A stretch of DNA of 64,000 bases from Candidatus Eiseniibacteriota bacterium (lineage in GTDB: Bacteria; Eisenbacteria; RBG-16-71-46; CAZAMP01): contig OZ245046.1 in assembly GCA_965224245.1 (NCBI GenBank), forward strand, positions 6,304,001 to 6,368,000. The letters are read 5' to 3'. How positions within the stretch are numbered: the first letter of the stretch is position 1; the number at the start of each line of letters is the position of its first letter. The position numbers were made by a program, and so were the translations under genes. A model generated the notes under the pieces. It saw only the letters and a list, made by a program, of their open reading frames with translations, made no database searches and had not been told where the DNA came from. Positions 1-8,233 of the stretch are shown here, piece after piece.

Positions 1-281
1 ACGCCTTGCGTCGTGGACCGGGGGGCGCCAACATCCGGGTGAGAGTAGAGTGTTTGCACGTCGTGGGCGACCAGGCCTGGGCAACGGGGACCGTGTTCGA
101 CGCGGTCAACCCGGACCACATCGGTCGGCCATACTCCTTCCGCTTCCACGACCGGGGCGAGGGGGAGGGCTCGATGCCGGATGAAGTCGGGGTCGCACGG
201 TTCCAGGACTACGACTGCACGACCGAGCCTGACATCCCTCTCCGGGAACTCACGACGGGGAACTTGCAGGTCCGGGGATGA
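1..281 (+). CDS. 3' part of a hypothetical protein (truncated by the window start)
   Basis: Frame is open from the window edge to TGA 279-281 with protein-like sequence (VECLHVVGDQAWATG...FHDRGEGEG...GNLQVRG). A hairpin follows. Confidence 0.6.
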   Translation, partial: ALRRGPGGANIRVRVECLHVVGDQAWATGTVFDAVNPDHIGRPYSFRFHDRGEGEGSMPDEVGVARFQDYDCTTEPDIPLRELTTGNLQVRG

Positions 282-300
282 GCAGCCCGGCGGGCTGCTC
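280..300 (+). terminator. GC hairpin, possible terminator
   Basis: GAGCAGCCC-GGC-GGGCTGCTC at the stop codon, between convergent genes. No clear U-tract. Confidence 0.35.
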
Positions 301-430
301 GCGTTCCACGACCGAAGGGCCCGCGTGAGGTTGCTTCGTCTGTGGACACTTCGAGAATCCTCCGTTCTGACTGTCCCACTACCGAGCTCTCGGCTCGTAC
401 CGGGTCGCCTCGTGACAGGGTCATCACCTG

Positions 431-3052
431 TCACGGCGATCTCATCAGCTTTCGCACGGCCTCGCGGCCGTCACTTCGGAGGCGGCAGAAGTACACGCCG
501 GGAGATACTTCGGCGTGTGCGTCGTTCCGTCCATCCCAGTGCGCGACGTGGGGCCCCGCGATCCGGATCGAGGATACGAGCGTTCGAACGACACGCCCTC
601 GTGCGTCGAACACCACGAGTTCGACGTAGCTCTCCCGGGGCAGCCGATACTCGATCGTGGTGCCGCCGACGAACGGACTCGCACCGATCGCCTCGAGGCC
701 GAAGACCGGCGGCAGTGATCCGGGCTCGCCCGGCCCGCTGGAACGGAACGCACCCGCTTCGACCGTCGCCCCGTCGAGATCGTCCCGGAATGCACCGGCG
801 GTGATTGGACCCGACCCGGCGGCTTCGTCTCGCACGAGGAAGTCCACCCACAGTAGAGGATCGGAGTCCACGACCCGCACCGATGACAGCGTGAACCCTC
901 CGATGGTCACCACGCCCGGATCGTTCTCACGTCCGTCGATCACCGTCCACGCCTGCGTGGCGTCGGCGCGGCGGACACCCGTGAACTGCAGCAGGTCCTC
1001 CGGATAGGTGAGTTCGAGCCCGAAGGCATCGAGGTCCGTCGGATGCTCGGCCCGGATGGCCACCCCGATCGCGTCCGAAGGAGCGCCGCTGACCTCGTCG
1101 ATCGCGAGGACGGTCGGCTCGGCGGACGAACGTCCGGCTGGTGCGCAATCCAGCGGAGGCACGGCACCGTCCAGGTAGGCGAGGAAGATCGTGAGCCCGT
1201 CGGCCGGAGTGACGTCGCCGTTGCACGTCGCATCCGCGGCGATCGTGGCGCACTCGGTGTCGCACTCCGATCCGGACACCGGTGTCCCTCCATGCACGTA
1301 GATGTCGAACGCACATAGGGCGTCCTCCGGCGTGATGTCCTCGTCCGCCGTGACGTCGCCGAGTGAACAGGAACGATACGAGAACGTTCCGCGGCACAGA
1401 TTGAGTCCCTGGAGGTCATCGACCGGGCTCGTGATCGTGAGGGCGGACTCCTGGCCCTCCGCGCATCCCCCACAGGTGACCTCGAACACCACCGTCGCCA
1501 GCGAGCCGGAGCTGCCGACGGGAACCGAGGTGGTTCCGAATCCCCCCACCGTCAGCACTCCGGGCCATTGCTCCATGCCTTCGACGACCACGAAGTCTCC
1601 GGTCAGATCACCCGGCTCCACTCGCGCGAACGAAAGCATCGTGGGGTCGTAGCCGAGGTCGAGTCCGAAGGCGTCCACCGGGTCCGGGTTGCCGTCCAGG
1701 AGGATCTCTACGGCAACTTCGTCCCCGGTCCGCCCCGAGACGTCGGTGGGCCGGGTGAGCGGACTCTCGCACGCGGGATCCAGCTCGCAGGGAGCGGGGT
1801 CGTCCGGTCCGGGATCTGCGCCGCCATAGAAGGCCGAGTGCGTGACCGGTACACGGAAACGGTTGCGATCGCAGTCCAGGATCAGCGGCGCCGTGGCCTC
1901 ACCTTCAAACCCGGGCGGGCCGATGTCGATGCGACCGGGACCGGTCGCCGTGAACCGCAGGATCCCGACGAGAGACGGTCGCTCGGAAGGGACCGGGCAC
2001 GTGTCCCAGATCTCGGCGATGTCGAGCCATCCCGGCTCGCGCTCGACGACGGTCGCGCGATCCGCACAGTCCGCGATGAACGTCGCGTCGAGCGATGGAT
2101 CGAACCGCAGGGAATAGGCGACGACGTACAGGTCATCCACCTGTTCGGCTGCTTCCTGCAAGACAATACGCGCGTCCACCGGGCCGATGCCGTCGTACAC
2201 CTGATGGATCATCGAGCAGTCAGCGAGCTCGATGGGGCAGACGGCATCCACCTCGTAACCGATGTCGATCGACAGCGCCGGCCCCGGGGGCGGTGGAAGG
2301 TCGCGAACCACACCGCGAAAGGGGCCGACCACCTGGTAGGTCGTCGAATCCGACTCGCTCGCGTGGTTGAGAATCTCGGCGTCCAGCATGATCGAGAGGT
2401 AGTACGTCACGTCGTAGTCGAGCTCACCCGTCCACGTGGCGGTCGTATCGACGACGGAGCCCAGTCCGACCTGCGTTCCCGTGACATCCTCCCCGACCAA
2501 CACCTCGTCACGCGAGACGCGGAGCCTCCAGAACCCGCCGCCGCGCTCGGATATGTAGCCGCGGAGATCGACCGGGAGCGCCACGAATGCCGAGCCCGTA
2601 CCTCCCTGGACCCGAAACGGAACGGCCAGACGGGCGACCACCTCTGCCGCGCCGGATCCCGGGCAGTCCGATCCCTCACCGGACGTGAGCTCGGATGTCG
2701 CGACCACTCCGAGTGAGTCCCGGGACACACCGGCGCGACCGAAGGTCTCCGCGGTCGGAGCCACCGGACACTCGGGTCCGGTGTACGCCGGGCAGTCGCT
2801 GTCGACCCCGAGGAAGTAGGAGATCGGTAGGTCGCTGGTGAAGGGGATCGAGTGGTTCTCCTGCGTCTCGCAGGCCCGCACCCACACCGAGAGTGACCCG
2901 TACGCCGGGCGGTCCTCGAAGACGACCTCCGACCCGACGGCACCGGTCGCCCCTGCGAGCAGCCATACGCCGGCGAGCGTGCTCGCGATACAGACGCGGT
3001 ACGCGTCCGGTGACCGAACGGGACCGTCGTCGACGTTGAATCTCAGATACAC
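431..3052 (-). CDS. Secreted cohesin-dockerin-cohesin protein with FlgD-Ig/T9SS-like C-terminal domain
   Basis: GTG 3052 preceded by AAGGAG; hydrophobic signal stretch. Two cohesin-like segments (VDAFGLDLGYDPTML; LDAFGLELTYPEDLL) flank a dockerin-like duplicated Ca loop (GDVTADEDITPEDA / ADATCNGDVTPADG). C-terminus FDARGRVVR...WDGRN...GVYFCRL. Confidence 0.8.
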   Translation of the reverse strand: MYLRFNVDDGPVRSPDAYRVCIASTLAGVWLLAGATGAVGSEVVFEDRPAYGSLSVWVRACETQENHSIPFTSDLPISYFLGVDSDCPAYTGPECPVAPTAETFGRAGVSRDSLGVVATSELTSGEGSDCPGSGAAEVVARLAVPFRVQGGTGSAFVALPVDLRGYISERGGGFWRLRVSRDEVLVGEDVTGTQVGLGSVVDTTATWTGELDYDVTYYLSIMLDAEILNHASESDSTTYQVVGPFRGVVRDLPPPPGPALSIDIGYEVDAVCPIELADCSMIHQVYDGIGPVDARIVLQEAAEQVDDLYVVAYSLRFDPSLDATFIADCADRATVVEREPGWLDIAEIWDTCPVPSERPSLVGILRFTATGPGRIDIGPPGFEGEATAPLILDCDRNRFRVPVTHSAFYGGADPGPDDPAPCELDPACESPLTRPTDVSGRTGDEVAVEILLDGNPDPVDAFGLDLGYDPTMLSFARVEPGDLTGDFVVVEGMEQWPGVLTVGGFGTTSVPVGSSGSLATVVFEVTCGGCAEGQESALTITSPVDDLQGLNLCRGTFSYRSCSLGDVTADEDITPEDALCAFDIYVHGGTPVSGSECDTECATIAADATCNGDVTPADGLTIFLAYLDGAVPPLDCAPAGRSSAEPTVLAIDEVSGAPSDAIGVAIRAEHPTDLDAFGLELTYPEDLLQFTGVRRADATQAWTVIDGRENDPGVVTIGGFTLSSVRVVDSDPLLWVDFLVRDEAAGSGPITAGAFRDDLDGATVEAGAFRSSGPGEPGSLPPVFGLEAIGASPFVGGTTIEYRLPRESYVELVVFDARGRVVRTLVSSIRIAGPHVAHWDGRNDAHAEVSPGVYFCRLRSDGREAVRKLMRSP

Positions 3053-3357
3053 CTCGAGCTCCTTGTTCGGGTTCGCGTTCGATCGATGGGAGGACGCGTG
3101 AACGCGCAGCGGACCCGAAAGCGGCGGGCTCGGGTGCTCTACGCCTGCGGAGCGGGCGGGGATCGATGGCCCGCGAACACACTCACCTCCCACCCAGGAA
3201 CCGCAGAACGGGCGCAAAACCCATCAACGATCTGCGCCGGACGGCCTGGCGGCCGGGAGTGGTGGGCTCTCGGAGCTGGGGGAGCTTCCATCGCGGGTAA
3301 TACGTGTCTGTATGGATGAGTGGGCCGCCCAGGCGCGGTCTCGGCGGGCGCGGACCG

Positions 3358-5520
3358 TCAGCGTGCGACGACGACCCGTCGCACCGACGTGACTGCCCTT
3401 CGGTCGACGACGGCAGACGCCTTGACGTAGTACACGCCGGGTGGCACCACGCGTCCGTCGTCGCCCCGAGCATCCCAGGTCAGCGCTGCCGGTCTCACGG
3501 CGGTCGTCGGCTCGACGAGCGATCGCACGGCGCGCCCCGCGACGTCGAAGATCTCGACGCGAAGCGTGCGCACACCGGCGTCGACGAGCGGGATCGAGAC
3601 CGAGGTCGAGGCCGGTAGCGGCACGGGGCGACCCAGTCGGAATCCGGGCAGCGGCGCCGTCATTCCGGTGCCGACGATCGTGGGGCACTGGCGAGGCAAC
3701 GCGTACAGGAGCTCTCTCGCGACGAGGACCACGTCGCCGACGAGAACGGGCGTGTCGATCCAGAGACCCGGTCGCTGCCGCTGAAGACGCGGAGAGCTCC
3801 CGAGGAAGATCGGGCTCGAATCGGAGGTGACGTCGAACACGATAGCTCCCGAGTCGTGCTCGAGCGCGTACACCAGACCGTTGGCGAGATCGGCCGCGAG
3901 GCCCTGTGTGGCGCCCGGCGTGCTCGACACGTGGAGCAACTCGGGAGCGAACGGGTTGGAGACGTCGACGACCTTGAAGCCCTCGACGCCACCGGCCACG
4001 TACGCTCGATCTCCGGCCACCGCTACTCCGTCGGCCCACGTATCGACCCACCCGACCTCGGCGATTGCACTCGCGTCGGAGACGTCGAGAATGCGTAGCC
4101 CAGCCCAGCCCTCGGCGACGTAGGCGAGGGATCCCACCGGCTCGGTCTCCCATGCGGGTCCCGTCGTCGCAAAGCTACCGATCCGCGTCGGGCGGCTCGG
4201 AATGGACACGTCGTAGATCTCCAATCCGAAGCCGTTCGAGATATACAGTCGATCTCCGGCGGTGGCCAGGTCCTGGGCATAGGTCGGTACCGTGGTGACC
4301 ATGGCCGGTGCCGTCGGGTCAGACACATCGACCACATACAGATCCGGAGTCGCGTCCCACACGAAGGCCGTGGCTCCATTCACCGCGACCGCCACCGCCG
4401 GCTCCGCGGTCGGGAAGCTCCCCACGATCACGGGCGCCGTCGGATCGCTCACGTCCAGGATCGTGAGCCCGGCCTCGGCGTCGGCCACGTAGCCGAGCTG
4501 GTCCTGGACGACGATCTGCACCGCATCGCCGGGTGTGTCGAACGCGGCCGAGACAGGCGGCGACGTCGGCGACGAGACATCCACCGTGGCCAGACCGAAG
4601 CCGTACAGGTACGCCACACCGTCGCGAACCTGCACGTCCTCCATCCGTGCCCAGAGGTCCAGGTCTCCGATGAGAACGGGGGCCAGCGGATCCGACAGAT
4701 CGTGCACGGCGAGCCCGGGGCCCGATGCATACATCCGTCCCTCCTGAATCCGTAGGTGCGTCCCCCAGAACGGCTCGATCGTCGTCACCGAAATGGGAAC
4801 CGATGGGTCGCTCACGTCGAAGATCTCGAGCATCCCGACCTCGACCACGTAGAGATGGTCGCCATCGACGACCACGTCATGCGCCGTCGTCGTGGTCTCG
4901 ATGCTCGCGAGCAGGATCGGCTCGAACTCGAACGATACGTCGTAGAGGTTGACGTGCGTCTCGGCGGCGACGTAGAGAAGATCGCCGTTCACGAGCACTC
5001 GCGTCGGACGCCCCGGCATGTCGAGCATGCCCCAGTGGATGAGCGCTCCCGGTAGCCAGCGGGTGTCGAACACCATCACGTCGGTCTGGCTGCGTACCAC
5101 GTAGACGGCGTCGCCATGGGTCACGACGTCGACCATGTATCCGTAGTCGTTCGTCCAGTGAACCAGACTCGGCCACTCCGGATCGGAGATGTCGAAGAGC
5201 ACCAGCCCGGCGTAGGAGGCGGCGATCCAGGCCATGTCTCCGTCGACGTCGATGGCCACCGCATCTTCGCCGCCCGTGTATGCGTGCCGGACGAGGCGTG
5301 GATCCGCCGGATCGGAGACGTCGAAGATGGCGAGACCGTCGGTGCCGCTGGCTCCGAAGGCGTAGTTGCCCCGAAGCACCAGCTCGCGACCTCCGTCGTC
5401 CTCGAAGGTGCTGGTGATGAAATGAAGGTGCTCGGTGTAGTCGATGCATTCGGCTGCTGGGCTCGCGGTGGCGACCAGCCAGCCGAGCACGGGGAGCGTG
5501 GCAACACGAGATACTCGCAT
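3358..5520 (-). CDS. LVIVD-repeat beta-propeller protein with FlgD-Ig/CTD
   Basis: GGAGG RBS before ATG 5520; signal peptide; repeated GLxIxDVSDPxxP motifs; C-terminal FDVAGRAVR...WDARG...GVYYVK. Confidence 0.85.
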   Translation of the reverse strand: MRVSRVATLPVLGWLVATASPAAECIDYTEHLHFITSTFEDDGGRELVLRGNYAFGASGTDGLAIFDVSDPADPRLVRHAYTGGEDAVAIDVDGDMAWIAASYAGLVLFDISDPEWPSLVHWTNDYGYMVDVVTHGDAVYVVRSQTDVMVFDTRWLPGALIHWGMLDMPGRPTRVLVNGDLLYVAAETHVNLYDVSFEFEPILLASIETTTTAHDVVVDGDHLYVVEVGMLEIFDVSDPSVPISVTTIEPFWGTHLRIQEGRMYASGPGLAVHDLSDPLAPVLIGDLDLWARMEDVQVRDGVAYLYGFGLATVDVSSPTSPPVSAAFDTPGDAVQIVVQDQLGYVADAEAGLTILDVSDPTAPVIVGSFPTAEPAVAVAVNGATAFVWDATPDLYVVDVSDPTAPAMVTTVPTYAQDLATAGDRLYISNGFGLEIYDVSIPSRPTRIGSFATTGPAWETEPVGSLAYVAEGWAGLRILDVSDASAIAEVGWVDTWADGVAVAGDRAYVAGGVEGFKVVDVSNPFAPELLHVSSTPGATQGLAADLANGLVYALEHDSGAIVFDVTSDSSPIFLGSSPRLQRQRPGLWIDTPVLVGDVVLVARELLYALPRQCPTIVGTGMTAPLPGFRLGRPVPLPASTSVSIPLVDAGVRTLRVEIFDVAGRAVRSLVEPTTAVRPAALTWDARGDDGRVVPPGVYYVKASAVVDRRAVTSVRRVVVAR

Positions 5521-5781
5521 TCCGGCCTCCTCCGATCGGCGACGCCCCACGCTCATGGGTGGAGTCTGTCGAGCCATCTCCGGAAAAGCCGCACCAAGGA
5601 GAATTCTACACCAACGTACCGGTACCGACGAGCTGCTCCGGTGGCGACCGGGGAGACGATGCCTGCAGGCATGGGCATTCCAGGCCTCGTTCGGGTAGAA
5701 TCGGGCTCTCAGGACACCGGCGGAGTGGCTCGGGCGCGCCCGACACGATGGGATCGATGTCCTCCAGCCGAGGATGACCGC

Positions 5782-7203
5782 ATGAACAAGCTCCGACCCC
5801 TCGTCCCGCTGCTCATCGTCGGCGGGATGCTCCCACCGGCCTCATCTCGTGCCGCGTCGATCATCGTCCACGCCGATGGCAGCGGCGACTACCCGACGAT
5901 CCAGGCGGCCATCGATGCGGCGACCGATGGAGACGAGATCCTGCTCACCGATGGGACGTTTCGCGGCGAGGGCAATCGTGATCTCGTGACGGGCGACGAC
6001 GTGCTCACGATCCGGTCTCAGAGCGGAAATGCATCGGCATGTGTGCTCGACGCGGAGGGTGCCAGTGGCGACGAGCATCGCCACGTCGTCGTATCCGGCG
6101 CCACCGCCGACCTGCTGATCGGCGAGCTCACGTTACGCGGTGGGTACCACGAGCATGGCGGCTCGATCCGGTCCGAGGGGGACGCGCTCACGCTTCGGGC
6201 ATGCGTCTTCCACGGCAACGTCGGTCGGCTCGGGGGTGCGTTGTCGTCGTACCGATCGACGGTCCAGGTGAACGGATGCCGGTTCGACGCCAACCACGCG
6301 CTCGAGTTTGGAGGCGCCGTGATCGCCTCGGATGGGGGGCTCGACGTCGTCGACTCGGAGTTCGTCGACAACGTCGGCGAGGTGTTCGGCGGGGCGATCG
6401 CCATTTCGGGGTTTGCCGCAGCGCATCTCGAGCGGACCCGTTTCGAGCGGAACGAGAACACCCGGCAGGAGGGCACCGTCCTCATCGGAGGCGGCGCGAT
6501 CGGCGGCTGGGACTCCTATCTCGATGCGGTCGACTGCACGTTCGAGGAGAACGTCGGCTGGTGGGGTGGGGCGATCGCGGCGTACTCCACGCGGCTGACC
6601 CTGGATGGATGCACCCTCGTCGGAAACGAGATGCTCGACCATGTCGTGGGGGGTGTCTACGTCGAGGACCCCGGCCGCCGGGAGCGAGACGTACTCGTGC
6701 GCGACAGTCTGCTGGCCGGCCAGCTCGGCGAAGCTCTCCACACCAACGACGTCCCGGTGACCATCGAGGGGTCCACGTTCGCTGGCAACGCCGGCGGGGG
6801 GATCTCGGCTCGCAAACACACGTTCGTTGCGGAGCGGTCGGTGTTCCATGAAAACTGCCGAGATGGTGATGGGGCCGACATCCTCTTCATCGCCTGGCAA
6901 CCCGAGCTGTGGACGCCCGAGCTGCGGTGCTCGGTGGTTGCGCCGGGTGGGATGCACTACTCCGGGGGCGAGTTCCTTCTCGAGGACGTGCTGACCGACG
7001 ATCCGCTCTTCTGTGGTCCGCTGGACTGCGACGCTGCACCCACGACCGGTGGAGACTACACGCTAGCCGCCTCGTCGCCATGTCTCCCCGCACGGAGCCC
7101 GTGCGGCCAGCTCATCGGCGCGCGCGACGAGGGCTGTGGCGACGCCACCCCGATCGTGTCTCGAACCTGGGGACAGCTGAGGGAGACGTATCGCGAGCCG
7201 TAG
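5782..7203 (+). CDS. Secreted right-handed parallel beta-helix protein ending in a TWG tail
   Basis: ATG 5782 with signal peptide; VHADGSGDYPTIQAAID N-terminus; FxxN...GGA repeats; Cys-rich DPLFC...SSPC cap; ends TWGQLRETYREP. Confidence 0.85.
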   Translation: MNKLRPLVPLLIVGGMLPPASSRAASIIVHADGSGDYPTIQAAIDAATDGDEILLTDGTFRGEGNRDLVTGDDVLTIRSQSGNASACVLDAEGASGDEHRHVVVSGATADLLIGELTLRGGYHEHGGSIRSEGDALTLRACVFHGNVGRLGGALSSYRSTVQVNGCRFDANHALEFGGAVIASDGGLDVVDSEFVDNVGEVFGGAIAISGFAAAHLERTRFERNENTRQEGTVLIGGGAIGGWDSYLDAVDCTFEENVGWWGGAIAAYSTRLTLDGCTLVGNEMLDHVVGGVYVEDPGRRERDVLVRDSLLAGQLGEALHTNDVPVTIEGSTFAGNAGGGISARKHTFVAERSVFHENCRDGDGADILFIAWQPELWTPELRCSVVAPGGMHYSGGEFLLEDVLTDDPLFCGPLDCDAAPTTGGDYTLAASSPCLPARSPCGQLIGARDEGCGDATPIVSRTWGQLRETYREP

Positions 7204-7386
7204 ACCCGACTTTCCACTCCGTTCGAGATCCTCTGGCGGGCGGCCTTGCCCGTCGTGCCGGACGCGGCCGGGCTCACACCGAGGCTGGCGCTTTGGCCCA
7301 ACCCGTTCAGCTCGGTGGCAACCCTCGAGATCCTGTCGACCGCGGCGATCACGGAGGTCTCCGTTGAACCGGTACTGCTTCGTTGA
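7204..7386 (+). pseudogene. Truncated CTD-like relic in frame after the TAG of the preceding gene
   Basis: Translates ...LTPRLALWPNPFSSVATLEILSTAAITEVSV..., the PNPF start of a CTD, without the later YD.xGR and GxY motifs. Confidence 0.5.
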
Positions 7387-7554
7387 GCGCTCATGCCGGG
7401 AACGCACCGCACACCCAACCCCGATGCTGCGTGCTGGTGAAGTAGCCGGAGACATTCGTGAGTCGAGCGAGTCGAACCGCGTGGGGAGCGTGAACGGTAC
7501 GTGGTCGAGCGCGACCAGCCAGGTCGCGGAGACAGCCGTGTGCTATCGTCCGAC

Positions 7555-8100
7555 ATGGCTTGGTTCACGTCTCCGAAAGAGCGCCGGCTCTGGCTGTGGA
7601 CGGTGGCGGTGCTCGCCGCCATCAACATGGCGGCGGTTCTGGCCGGATCCCTCGTCGATGCGATCGGGTCCGAGACGCTCCTCGGGATCGCCTTCGGCGC
7701 CGGGTTCGGCCTCGCCGTTGCCGCCGTGATCGGCATGGCGCTGGCCCGCCGGTCGCGAGCCGAAGTCTGGGTCGCGCTCGGAGTGGCGTCCGCGTTCCTC
7801 ATGATCCCCGTTCGCTCGGGAGCCTCGTCCCTGGAGCGAACTCACCTCTTCGAGTACGGCCTGCTGGCCGGCCTCATGTACGAGGCGCTGGCCGAGCGGG
7901 GAGCGAGCGGTGGCCGCATCCGATTTCCAGGGCTCGTGGCCATCGTCACCACGCTGCTCTTCGGTTGGCTGGACGAGGCGATTCAGGCATTGGTGCCGGG
8001 TCGCGTCTACGACGTACGCGATGTCTTGACGAATGGCCTCGCGGCGCTCGTCGCCGTGACTTCCCTCGCCACGCTCCGGCGGCTCCGCAGCAAGCGCTAG
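7555..8100 (+). CDS. VanZ-like membrane protein
   Basis: Multiple TM helices; HLFEYG...DEAIQALVPGRVYDVRDVLTN matches the VanZ pattern. TGCTATCGT 5 nt before the ATG may indicate a leaderless transcript. Confidence 0.75.
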   Translation: MAWFTSPKERRLWLWTVAVLAAINMAAVLAGSLVDAIGSETLLGIAFGAGFGLAVAAVIGMALARRSRAEVWVALGVASAFLMIPVRSGASSLERTHLFEYGLLAGLMYEALAERGASGGRIRFPGLVAIVTTLLFGWLDEAIQALVPGRVYDVRDVLTNGLAALVAVTSLATLRRLRSKR

Positions 8101-8233
8101 TGGATCGCTTCCATGTTACTCCTGTTCGAGCCCACCGTGACGGCCCACTGGCCCCGACCCGACCGGCCACGCCGGCTCGAGGAGTGCTATCATCTCCTGA
8201 CGTAGCTGACGCTGGTCGAACGGGAGGTTGGAG

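Noticed and set aside
5116-5781. N-terminal extension of the 695-aa ORF
   Set aside because: Overlaps the opposite-strand LVIVD gene; the signal peptide begins at ATG 5782.
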